Origin: Gammaproteobacteria bacterium
Lineage (GTDB): Bacteria; Pseudomonadota; Gammaproteobacteria; Natronospirales; JAIVGZ01
Direction: 5' to 3'
NCBI GenBank assembly: GCA_040882865.1
Contig: JBBEAN010000014.1
Span: 26,565-90,564 of the forward strand
Length of the DNA stretch: 64,000 bases
In this document: positions 53,309-64,000 of the stretch, piece after piece
Layout of the letters: each line of letters opens with the position of its first letter
Numbering within the stretch: position 1 is the stretch's first letter
Notes under the pieces: generated by a model
Told to the model about the DNA's origin: nothing
The model's input: the letters and a program-made list of their open reading frames with translations, nothing else
Database searches by the model: none
Position numbers and translations under genes: made by a program

Positions 53309-56300
53309 TTCTCTCCGACATCTCGGTCAAGCGGCCGGTTTTCGCGGCCGTCATCAGCCTCATGCTGGTGATTCTCGGGGTCATGAGTTTCCAGCGTCTC
53401 GCGGTCCGCGAATACCCCGACATCGATCCGCCGATCGTGTCCGTCGAGGTCGGTTACCGTGGCGCGTCCGCCGATGTGATCGAGACCCAGATCACCCAGG
53501 TCATCGAGGACCAGGTCGCGGGTATCGAAGGGATCGCCAAGCTGACGTCGACGAGTGAGGACGAAGAGGCAAACATCCGTCTCGAGTTCAACCTTGGTCG
53601 CGACATCGACTCGGCGGCGAACGACGTGCGCGACCGGGTGAGCCGCGTGGTCGACAACCTTCCACCCGAAGCCAGCATGCCGGAGGTCCAGAAGGCCGAC
53701 TCGAGCGTGCAGTCGGTGATGTGGCTGGTGTTGACGTCTGACTCGATGAACCAGCTTGACCTCACGGACTATGCGGAACGCGTGATCGTCGATCAGCTGT
53801 CCGTGGTCGACGGCGTCGCGCGCGTGCGCGTGGGCGGACAGCGGCGCTACGCGATGCGAATATGGCTCGACCGCGAGCGACTCGCCGCGCACGGTGTCAC
53901 TGTCGGCGACATCGAGGATGCGTTGCGCCGCGAGAACGTGCAACTCCCCGCAGGCCGCCTGCAATCGACCCAGCGCGAATTTTCGTTACGCACAGAAACC
54001 GGCTACGCGACCGTCGACGATTTCCAGCGGCTCGCTATCGGCAGCGGCCCTGACGAATATGTCGTGCGGCTCGCCGACGTGGCCGACATCGAGATCGGCG
54101 CGCAGGATATTCGAAATGCCGCGCGCGCGAACATGATTCCTGCGGTGAGCATCGGCATCGAGCAGCAATCGCGCGCGAATACCGTGGCAGTTTCGCAGGG
54201 TGTGCTCGCGGCGCTGGACCGGATCCGGCCGATGCTGCCGGAGGGCATCGCGCTCGAAGTGAATTTCGACCGCGCGCAATTCATCAACGCGTCGATCACC
54301 GAGGTCTTCCGTGCGCTGGGCATCGCGTTGGTCCTCGTGTTGGTCGTGATCTACTGCTTCCTTGGTACGGTCCGCGCGACGCTGATTCCTGCGGTCGTCG
54401 TGCCGGTGTCGCTGATCGCGGCGTTCACGGTGATGGCGGCGCTCGGCTTCTCCATCAACGTATTGCTGCTGCTGGGCCTCGTTCTCGCAATCGGGCTCGT
54501 CGTCGATGACGCGATCATCGTGCTCGAGAACATCTATCGGCGCATCGAAGAGGGCCAGACGCCGTTGCTTGCGTCGATCGATGGTGCGCGCGAGATCGGC
54601 TTCGCGGTCATCGCGACGACGCTCGTGCTCGTATCGGTGTTCCTGCCCGTGTCGTTCATCCCGGGAAACCTCGGACGATTGTTCGGTGAATTCGGCATTG
54701 CGCTGGCGGCGGCGGTCGCGTTCTCGAGTATCGTTGCACTGACGCTCACGCCGATGATGTGTTCGAAGATATTCACCGGTGCGTCGAATCGCCGCTGGTT
54801 TGCGCGCAAGATCGACCAGTTTTTCCGCTGGCTGTCACAAACCTATGGTCGCGCGCTCAATTGGTCGCTCGCGCACAATTGGGTCGTAATGCTCATCGCT
54901 GCGGTCGTGACCGCGTTTGCGTACACGCTGTTCTCCGGATTGCCGAAGGAGTATTCCCCGAAGGAAGACCGCGGCGTGTTCTTCGTGATCGTGGCTGCGC
55001 CCGAGGGCGCGAGTTTCGACTACACGGATCGTTACACGCGTGAGGTCGAAGAGATCCTGATGGGCCTCGTTGAGCGCGGCGACGCGCGCCGACTCCTAAC
55101 GCGCGTGCCCGCGGGATGGGGTGGAGGCGGTGTCAACACGGGCCGCGTGCTCGTGTTGCTCGAGGCGTGGGAAAATCGCGAGCTGACCGCCGAGCAGCTC
55201 GCCGATGAAGTTCGCAAACAAGTCGACGGCCTGCCGGGCGTGGAGGTGCGCGTGACGACGCCGCAGGGGCTCGGAGTGCGTGGTGGCGACCGGCCGCTGC
55301 GGGTCGTCCTCAGCGGCGGCGATTACGCGGAGATCGCCGAGTGGCGCGACCTGCTGCTCGAGCGTGCCGAACAGAACCCGGGGCTGGTCGATCTCGACTC
55401 CGATTACGAGGAGCGCACGCCGCAGATCCGGATTTCCGTCGACCGTGACCGCGCCGCGACGCTCGGCATCTCCCTGCAGAACATCGGCCGCACGCTGGAA
55501 ACGATGCTCGGCTCGCGCATCGTGACGCGCTATCTCGATCGTGGGCTCGAGTACAACGTGATTCTGCAGAGTCGCGAGTCTGACCGCGCAACGCCGACCG
55601 ACCTGCGTAACATCTATGTACGGTCGGATGCGACCGGCGAAATGATTCCGCTCGCGAACATCGTCACGCTGCGGGAAGTGGCGGGACCCTCGGAACTGCG
55701 GCGTTTCGACCGCCTGCGCGCGATCACGGTCGCGGGCGGCCTCGCGCCCGACTACTCGCTCGGCGAAGCGATTGACTGGGTCCAGGACTTCGCGCGCGCC
55801 GAATTGCCGCCGTATGCCGTGATCAACTGGGATGGCGAAGCGCGCGAGTTCATCCAATCCGGCGGTTCCTTGTATTGGACCTTCCTGCTCGCGCTCGTCA
55901 TCGTTTTCCTGGTGCTCGCGGCGCAGTTCGAGAGCTTCCGACACCCGCTCATCATCATGACCACCGTGCCGCTCGCGGTCACCGGCGCGCTCGCCGGCCT
56001 CGCGATTCAGGGGTTCTCGATCAACGTCTATAGCCAGATCGGCATCATCCTGCTCGTCGGGCTGTCTGCGAAGAACGGTGTGCTGATTGCCGAATTCGCG
56101 AATCAGCTGCGTGACCGCGGCGTGGAGTTCACACAAGCAATCATCGACGCAGCGCGCGTCCGGCTGCGCCCGGTGCTCATGACCAGCCTGTGTACGACCT
56201 TCGGCGCCGTCCCGCTGCTGCTGGCGACGGGCGCGGGTGCCGAGAGCCGCCAGCCAATCGGCGTCGTCGTGGTCTACGGCGTACTATTCTCGATGATGCT

Positions 56301-56408
56301 GACATTGTTCGTGGTACCGACGTTCTACTCGCTGCTCGCGCGCAATACGCGCTCGCCGCAAGCGGTGGCACGCATGGTCCAGTCGCTACGCACCGAAGGG
56401 GAAACGGG

Positions 56409-56412
<4 letters not shown>
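53305..56412 (+). CDS. RND efflux permease (AcrB/HAE1-like)
   Basis: About 1035 aa. SVKRPVFAAVISLML N-terminus and a 12-TM pattern. GTG 53305 overlaps the MFP stop (GTGA). Confidence 0.9.
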
Positions 56413-57952
<1,540 letters not shown>

Positions 57953-57956
<4 letters not shown>

Positions 57957-58870
57957 TGGCCCTGTCGCTCAACGGACTCGCTAAGACCTACAGCAACGGG
58001 GTCGAGGCGCTGCGAGGCATCGACCTGCACGTCGCCGAGGGCGACTTTTTCGGCCTGCTCGGACCGAATGGCGCGGGGAAGACAACGGCCATCGGCATTG
58101 TGACGTCGTTGGTGCGCAAGACCGAGGGCGTCGTCACCGTTTTCGGCCACGACATCGACCACGAGTTGGAGGCCGCAAAAGCGTGCATCGGGCTCGTTCC
58201 GCAGGAAATCAACTTCAACCAGTTCGAGAAGGTCACGGATATCCTCGTGAACCAAGCGGGTTTTTATGGCGTGCCGCGTGCGCTCGCGTTGGAACGCGCA
58301 GAGAAATATCTGCGCCAACTCGGTCTTTGGGAGAAGCGCAACGAGCAGAGCCGCAACCTGTCCGGAGGCATGAAACGGCGGCTGATGATTGCTCGCTCGC
58401 TCGTCCACGAGCCCCGGTTGTTGATTCTCGACGAGCCGACCGCGGGCGTGGACATCGAGATCCGGCGCTCGATGTGGGACTTCCTGCGGCGCATCAACCG
58501 CGAAGGCACAACCATCATCCTCACGACGCACTACCTTGAGGAGGCCGAGATCCTGTGCCGTGAGATTGCGATCATCAACGGCGGGCGCATCGTCGAGCAA
58601 GGGCGCACGCGCGACCTGCTCGCGAAGCTGCAGACCGAGACGTTCGAGTTCAACCTGCGGGCTGCCCAGACCGTCGCGCCTTCTGTCGCCGGTTATGAAA
58701 TCCGCCAGCTCGACCCGACCACGATTGAGGTCGACGTGGACAAGCAGCAGAACGTCAACGATCTGTTCGCCGCGCTCGGTACCCAGGGCGTCGAGGTCAT
58801 CAGCATGCGGAACAAGGTCAATCGCCTCGAGGAGTTGTTCGTGCGGATGGTCGGGCGGGACGACGCCTGA
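57953..58870 (+). CDS. ABC transporter ATP-binding protein (ABC-2 type, YadG-like)
   Basis: GPNGAGKTT, LSGGMKRRL and ILDEPT motifs. ATGA overlap with the abgT-like stop. Confidence 0.9.
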
Positions 58871-59646
58871 TGTCGCGCGCACGCGAAAACTGGATTGGTT
58901 ACGAGACCATCGTGCGCCGTGAGATGCGCCGCGTACTTCGTATCTGGACCCAGACCCTGTTGCCGCCGGTCATCACGATGTCCTTGTACTTCATCATATT
59001 CGGCGCGCTGATTGGCCGTCGCATCGGCGAGATGGGTGGACACGATTACATGTTGTACATCGCGCCGGGCCTGATCATCATGTCCGTGCTCACGAATGCG
59101 TACTCGAATGTGAGCTCAAGCTTCTTCGGGGCGAAATTCGGCAAACACGTCGAAGAGCTTCTCGTATCGCCGCTGCCCAACATCCTGATATTGGCCGGCT
59201 ACGTCACTGGAGGTGTGGTGCGCGGCCTTTTGACCGGCGCTCTCGTGACGGTGGTCGCGATGTTTTTCACGCCGGTCAGTGTCGAGAACTGGCCGCTGTT
59301 CATCGCGGTCGCGGTACTGACCGCCGTGGTGTTTTCGCTCGGCGGATTCATCAATGCCGTCTATGCGAAGAGCTTCGACGACATCTCCATCGTGCCGACA
59401 TTCGTGCTGACACCGCTGACTTACCTCGGTGGGGTGTTCTACACGGTCGATATGCTGCCCGGCTTCTGGCGCGAACTGTCGATGACGAACCCAATCCTCT
59501 ACATGGTGAATGCATTCCGTTATGCGATGCTCGGTGTCAGCGATGTCGGCATCGGTGTGGCGTTCGCGATGATCTTCGCATTCCTGGCCGCGCTGTTCGC
59601 TGGTGCGCTGTGGCTGCTGGAGCGCGGGCACGGCCTGAGGACCTGA
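58870..59646 (+). CDS. ABC-2 type transporter permease (YadH-like)
   Basis: 258 aa, 6 TM. Start overlaps the ATPase stop (TGATG). Confidence 0.85.
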   Translation: MSRARENWIGYETIVRREMRRVLRIWTQTLLPPVITMSLYFIIFGALIGRRIGEMGGHDYMLYIAPGLIIMSVLTNAYSNVSSSFFGAKFGKHVEELLVSPLPNILILAGYVTGGVVRGLLTGALVTVVAMFFTPVSVENWPLFIAVAVLTAVVFSLGGFINAVYAKSFDDISIVPTFVLTPLTYLGGVFYTVDMLPGFWRELSMTNPILYMVNAFRYAMLGVSDVGIGVAFAMIFAFLAALFAGALWLLERGHGLRT

Positions 59647-59647
59647 C

Positions 59648-61723
59648 GTGCGCGCCGCACTCATCGCCGGACTTCTGGCTTTGGCGCTCACCGCCGTCGC
59701 GGGCGCGATGACCTGGAGCGTCCAACTTGCGCGTGCGCAGAATCAATTCGATTTTCGCGTCGAGGAGATCACCGAGAAAATCCGTGCGCGAATGTTGTCG
59801 TACGAGCAGGTGCTGCGCGGCGGGGTTGCGCTGTTTGCAGCGTCGGACGACGTATCGCGCGAGGACTGGGCCACGTATGTCGAGACACTTTCGCTCGCCA
59901 AGTCGTTTCCGGGATTCCAGGGGGTCGGCTTTTCCGAGCGAATCGTCCCCGAGGCGCTGGAGACGCATGTCGCGCGGGTTCGTGCTGAGGGGTTCCCCGA
60001 TTACGAAGTCCACCCGGCCGGCGCACGCGATGAATATCACTCAATCGTGTATCTGGAACCGTTCGACTGGCGTAACCAGCGCGCGTTCGGCTACGACATG
60101 GCCACCGAGCCGACCCGGCGCGCGGCGATGGTACGCGCACGCGACACCGGTCAGGCCGTGTTGTCCGGCGCCGTGACGCTGGTCCAGGAGACCGGCGAGG
60201 AAGTGCAAGCGGGATTCAATCTCTATTTGCCGGTTTATCAGGACGGTCTCCCGACCGCCACCGTCGAGCAACGCCGCGATGCTCTGGTGGGCTTCGTATA
60301 CAGCCCGTTCCGCATCAACGACCTATTGCGCGGCATACTCGGCGCGGAACCAGAACTCATTCACCTTGAGATTTTCGACGGCCGCAATGCCGGGGATGAC
60401 ACCCGGATGTATTCGAGCGGAGCGGTTTCGGACATCGAGAGCGGATTCCATACGACCACGACACTCGAAATCGCAGACCACGCATGGACCCTGGCGTTTT
60501 CGTCCGACGCGACGTTCGGTGACCGCTTGGAGCGGTGGCGCGCGCGCGTGGTAATGTTGGCCGGACTCGTCATCAGTGCACTGTTGTTCCTCTTCATGTG
60601 GGCAATCGCTGGTCGCCGGCGCCGTGCCGAGGAGTTTTCAGGCGTGGTCGCGTCCGCATTGGATGCAGTGATCATCATTGATTCAGACGACCGAATCATC
60701 GAATTCAATCCGTCGGCGGAGGCGATGTTCGGCTATAGCCGCACTGAAGCGGTCGGCCGGAGGATGGCGGAGTTGATTGTGCCGCCGCACCTCAGGGAGC
60801 GACATCTCGCCGGGGTGCGCGCTTTCGTTCAGACCGGAAAGGGCAAGCTCGGAAACCGGGCCGTCGAGCTGGAGGCGATGCGACGCGATGGTTCCACCTT
60901 CCCCGTCGAGGTATCGATTACGCGCATCGGCACCAAGAATCCGCCGCATTTCAGCGGTTTCGTGCGCGACATCTCAGAGCGCAAGGATCGCCAGCAGGAA
61001 CTGCTGCGCATGAACACCGAGCTCGAACAGCGCGTGGCCGAGCGCACCCACGAACTTGAGGCTTTTGCGTATTCGGTCTCGCACGATTTGCGCGGACCAC
61101 TGCGCGCGATGGACGGTTTCAGCGCGGAGCTGCAGCGGCTGTATGGCGACCGACTGGACGAGTCCGGGCAACATTTCGTCGAGCGGATACGCGCGGGCGC
61201 GATGCGGATGGGCCAACTCATCGACGACCTGCTCCAGCTGTCCCGGGTTTCACAGCGGCCGATACACCGAAGCGATGTCGACCTCAGCGAGGTCGCCATG
61301 GGCGTGTTGGCCCAACTCCGCAGTGAGGATCCCGCGCGCGATGTCAGTACGGAGGTCGAATCCACCGAGCCCGTCTTCGGCGATCCGCGTTTGCTCCAAA
61401 TCGTGCTCGACAATCTGCTCCGGAACGCATGGAAATTCTCGTCCAAGACGCGCGACGCGCGCATCGTGTTCGGTTGCCGGACGCAGGAGCCCGAAACGGT
61501 ATACTTTGTCCAGGACAATGGCGCGGGCTTCGACGCGACCTACGCCGATTCGTTGTTCGTTCCATTCCAACGGTTGCATTCGGAGCAGGAGTTTCCCGGT
61601 ACCGGTATCGGTCTTGCAACCGTGCAGCGCGTCGTACAGAGGCACGGCGGTCGCGTTTGGGCAGAGAGTGCGGAGGGCCACGGTGCGACTTTTTGGTTCA
61701 CGATTGGTGAGGGGCATGGCTAA
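59648..61723 (+). CDS. Sensor histidine kinase: CHASE, TM, PAS, HisKA, HATPase
   Basis: CHASE-like periplasmic region (YLEPFDWRNQRAFGYDM), PAS (IIEFNPSAEAMFGY), H-box SHDLRGPL, and G-boxes DNGAGF / GTGIGL. The GTG start lies 1 nt after the upstream stop. Confidence 0.88.
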   Translation: MRAALIAGLLALALTAVAGAMTWSVQLARAQNQFDFRVEEITEKIRARMLSYEQVLRGGVALFAASDDVSREDWATYVETLSLAKSFPGFQGVGFSERIVPEALETHVARVRAEGFPDYEVHPAGARDEYHSIVYLEPFDWRNQRAFGYDMATEPTRRAAMVRARDTGQAVLSGAVTLVQETGEEVQAGFNLYLPVYQDGLPTATVEQRRDALVGFVYSPFRINDLLRGILGAEPELIHLEIFDGRNAGDDTRMYSSGAVSDIESGFHTTTTLEIADHAWTLAFSSDATFGDRLERWRARVVMLAGLVISALLFLFMWAIAGRRRRAEEFSGVVASALDAVIIIDSDDRIIEFNPSAEAMFGYSRTEAVGRRMAELIVPPHLRERHLAGVRAFVQTGKGKLGNRAVELEAMRRDGSTFPVEVSITRIGTKNPPHFSGFVRDISERKDRQQELLRMNTELEQRVAERTHELEAFAYSVSHDLRGPLRAMDGFSAELQRLYGDRLDESGQHFVERIRAGAMRMGQLIDDLLQLSRVSQRPIHRSDVDLSEVAMGVLAQLRSEDPARDVSTEVESTEPVFGDPRLLQIVLDNLLRNAWKFSSKTRDARIVFGCRTQEPETVYFVQDNGAGFDATYADSLFVPFQRLHSEQEFPGTGIGLATVQRVVQRHGGRVWAESAEGHGATFWFTIGEGHG

Positions 61724-62117
61724 GCGAATCTTATTGGTCGAGGATGATCCCGATGACGTGGAGCTTGCATTGATGGCGCTGCGTCGCTTGGACATCGATG
61801 CCGTGGATGTCGCGCGCGATGGCGTCGAAGCGTTGTCCATGCTCTTCGACCATGAGGACGCCGAACTGCCTGCGCTGATACTGCTCGACTTGAAACTTCC
61901 GCGCATCGGCGGGCTCCAAGTACTGGAGCGGATCAAGCGCGACCCACGCTCACAGAAAATTCCTGTGGTCATACTCTCATCGTCTGGCGAGGAGCGTGAC
62001 ATCGATGCAAGCTACCGACTCGGTGCGAACAGCTACATCCGCAAGCAGGTCGACTTCGAGGAACACGCGGCAGCGATGCGCCAGGTCGGCAATTACTGGT
62101 TGTCTTTGAATGAGTGA
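61716..62117 (+). CDS. Single-domain response regulator (CheY-like)
   Basis: ILLVEDDPDD ... LILLDLKLP ... ILSSS ... K motif set. 133 aa. Overlaps both neighbours. Confidence 0.9.
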   Translation: MAKRILLVEDDPDDVELALMALRRLDIDAVDVARDGVEALSMLFDHEDAELPALILLDLKLPRIGGLQVLERIKRDPRSQKIPVVILSSSGEERDIDASYRLGANSYIRKQVDFEEHAAAMRQVGNYWLSLNE

Positions 62118-63210
62118 CACGAAACGTCTGAGAATATTGATTGTCGACGATGACCCCGATGACGCGGGGCTGATCAAGTTGCGTCTTCAGAAAGTGGGAT
62201 ACACGGTACACTGGGCGGAAAACGAGCACGGCTTCAATAACGAGATAAAGAACACGCCAGACCTCATCATCGCGGACTACAGGATGCCGAGCTTCGGCGC
62301 GATGCGCATCCTCGAGATCGTCGAGCAAGTGAGCCCCGGAATACCGGTGATCGTCGTGTCGGGCGCCGTCGGCGAGGACCGCGTCAGCGAAGTGATGAAG
62401 CGCGGCGCTGCGGATTACCTGCTCAAGGACCGGCTCGCGCGCCTCGAGGGCGCCATCGAGCAGGCACTCATCCAGCGTGACCTTAGGCAAGATCGCATTG
62501 AAGCGGAACGCGCGCTCGAAGACCGCGAGGCACGGCTCGCGGCGCTGTTCGCCGGGCAGCCGGACTGTGTCATGGTCGTCGACCGAAACGGAGAAATCCG
62601 GGATGTGAACCCTGCCGGCGTCGCGCTGTTCGAGGCCGCGTCGAGCGACGAGCTCGCGGGCGAACCATTGACGAGCTACCTGCACCCGTCGGATCGTTTC
62701 AGTTATTGGCAGCTGCACCGCGCTGCGCTACAGGGTGAGCGCGGCAAGGTGAAGTTCCGACTGGTGGCGCCCAGTGGCACGGAGCGGTGGATGGAGGCGC
62801 ATTCTGCGCCGCTCGGTGAGGACGACGCGGACATCGAGCCTGCTGTTCTCAGTATCGTGCGCGATATCACCGCGAACCAACGCGCGGAAATGCGCACGCG
62901 CGAGGGCGAGAGCGTGCTCCGCGAAATCGGCACGGCGATGCCGTTCGGGTTCTGGTTCGCCGAGCTCCAGCCGTACCGCATATTGTTCGTGACGGAGGCG
63001 CTCGCACAATTGCTCGGTCGGACGCGCGAAGAGATTTACGCGGACCCCGCGGCATTGGGCCGCCCCGATCCGCGCAAGATCGGCGTACGCCGGTTCGAGG
63101 TCACGCGCCCCGATGGTGTCACCGTACAACTCGTCGAGCGCACCCAGGCGATTCGTGACGAGGCCGGGGATGTGTACCGGATTGCCGGCACTGTGGAAAA
63201 AGCCGGATAG
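62110..63210 (+). CDS. Response regulator with REC and two PAS-like domains, no recognisable output domain
   Basis: ILIVDDDPDD ... IIADYRMP receiver, then PAS-like segments (VMVVDRNGEIRDVNPAG; ILFVTEALAQLLGRTREE). Confidence 0.8.
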   Translation: MSDTKRLRILIVDDDPDDAGLIKLRLQKVGYTVHWAENEHGFNNEIKNTPDLIIADYRMPSFGAMRILEIVEQVSPGIPVIVVSGAVGEDRVSEVMKRGAADYLLKDRLARLEGAIEQALIQRDLRQDRIEAERALEDREARLAALFAGQPDCVMVVDRNGEIRDVNPAGVALFEAASSDELAGEPLTSYLHPSDRFSYWQLHRAALQGERGKVKFRLVAPSGTERWMEAHSAPLGEDDADIEPAVLSIVRDITANQRAEMRTREGESVLREIGTAMPFGFWFAELQPYRILFVTEALAQLLGRTREEIYADPAALGRPDPRKIGVRRFEVTRPDGVTVQLVERTQAIRDEAGDVYRIAGTVEKAG

Positions 63211-63212
63211 CG

Positions 63213-64000
63213 ATGGGCCGCCCGCAGCGCATCGTGTATCCGGATGCCTGGTATCACGTATCCGCACGCGGGAAAGCCGACTCCACGGTGTTCGCCGACG
63301 GCGCGAGCGGCGCGACGTTCCTTGAGGTGCTCGCCGAAGTCTCGGCGGCGGTCGGGGTCGAGGTGCATGCGTATTGTCTGCTGGCCGACGGCTATCACTT
63401 GCTCTTGCGCACGCCGCGCGCGAACCTGCCGCAAATGATGCGGCAACTGAACGGCCAGTACGCGCATTGGTGCCGTCGCGATGGACGCCGCGACGGACCG
63501 TTGTTCAGCCGGCGCTACCGGTCGGTCCTGCTCGACCCCGACGAATGGCCGCTGCGCCTCAGCCGCTACATCCACCTGCAGCCTGCACATCGCCACCTCG
63601 TCGCCGATTCGCTGTTATATCGGTGGTCGAGCTTGCGCGCGTACTGCGCGCGGGCCGAGACGCCCCCATGGCTGGAGACCGCCGGATTGTTGCGGTTGGT
63701 AGGTGGCGCGGAGCAGTATCTCGCGTACGTCAATTATGGCGTCGACGCGGAAACCCGCGCGTTCTACGCACGCAAGCGGCTCGCACCGACGCTTGGCCAG
63801 CCGAGACAGGAGTCCGCGACCGGTGTGGACGGAGGGTCCGGCATCGAGATCGCGGACATCGTCCGCTGCGTTGCGGAAGCATACGCGCTCCCCACATCGC
63901 GACTTTACGAGCCGCGCCGCGGGCGGGGCGCGCAGGCGACGCCGCGCGCGGTCGCAATGTTGCTTGCGCGCAGCCCGGGCGGGCATTCTCTGGAAGCCAT
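63213..64000 (+). CDS. IS200/Y1-transposase-like protein with degenerate HUH motif and DnaA-domain-IV-like C-terminal HTH; 3' end off-window (not in the ORF track)
   Basis: My own translation from ATG 63213 is open to the window end: MGRPQRIVYPDAWYHVSARG ... YCLLADGYHLLLRTP ... YRWSSLRAY ... IADIVRCVAEAYALPTSRLYEPRRGRGAQATPRAVAMLLAR. Confidence 0.7.
   Translation, partial: MGRPQRIVYPDAWYHVSARGKADSTVFADGASGATFLEVLAEVSAAVGVEVHAYCLLADGYHLLLRTPRANLPQMMRQLNGQYAHWCRRDGRRDGPLFSRRYRSVLLDPDEWPLRLSRYIHLQPAHRHLVADSLLYRWSSLRAYCARAETPPWLETAGLLRLVGGAEQYLAYVNYGVDAETRAFYARKRLAPTLGQPRQESATGVDGGSGIEIADIVRCVAEAYALPTSRLYEPRRGRGAQATPRAVAMLLARSPGGHSLEA

Overview
64-kb chromosomal window from a high-GC proteobacterium; the gene content looks gammaproteobacterial, but the taxon cannot be fixed from the sequence alone. 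Roughly 0.5-17.5 kb is a visibly AT-richer, mosaic defence island with no integrase, tRNA or obvious att repeat. It holds a six-gene, translationally coupled operon (595-12794) built around a DruA-like (DUF4338-type) protein and an 1837-aa DruE-like SF2 helicase/DUF1998 protein. The partner genes are non-canonical, so this is Druantia-like and a candidate new subtype. The island also holds a PUA/SRA-like-HNH endonuclease, an AbiEi/AbiEii pair, an orphan antitoxin-like fragment plus an unknown ORF, and a class-II Fic protein. The island appears to have split off the 3' end of an amidohydrolase gene. The other ~46 kb is core-like. It contains a cyanophycin cluster (iadA, cyanophycinase, cphA and a cphA paralog without ATP-grasp), envelope and metabolic genes, uup, murB, gcdH, a fused E1 dehydrogenase and a malic enzyme. 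It also contains an ~11-kb run of overlapping genes: MFP, RND, AbgT, ABC-2 transporter, CHASE histidine kinase and two response regulators. Two families of palindromic REP-like repeats occur. One flanks a RAYT (IS200-like Y1 transposase) gene, and copies of both families lie in frame inside conserved protein-coding genes. No rRNA, tRNA or CRISPR array was seen. Many long ORFs in the track are GC-driven antisense shadows and were not called.
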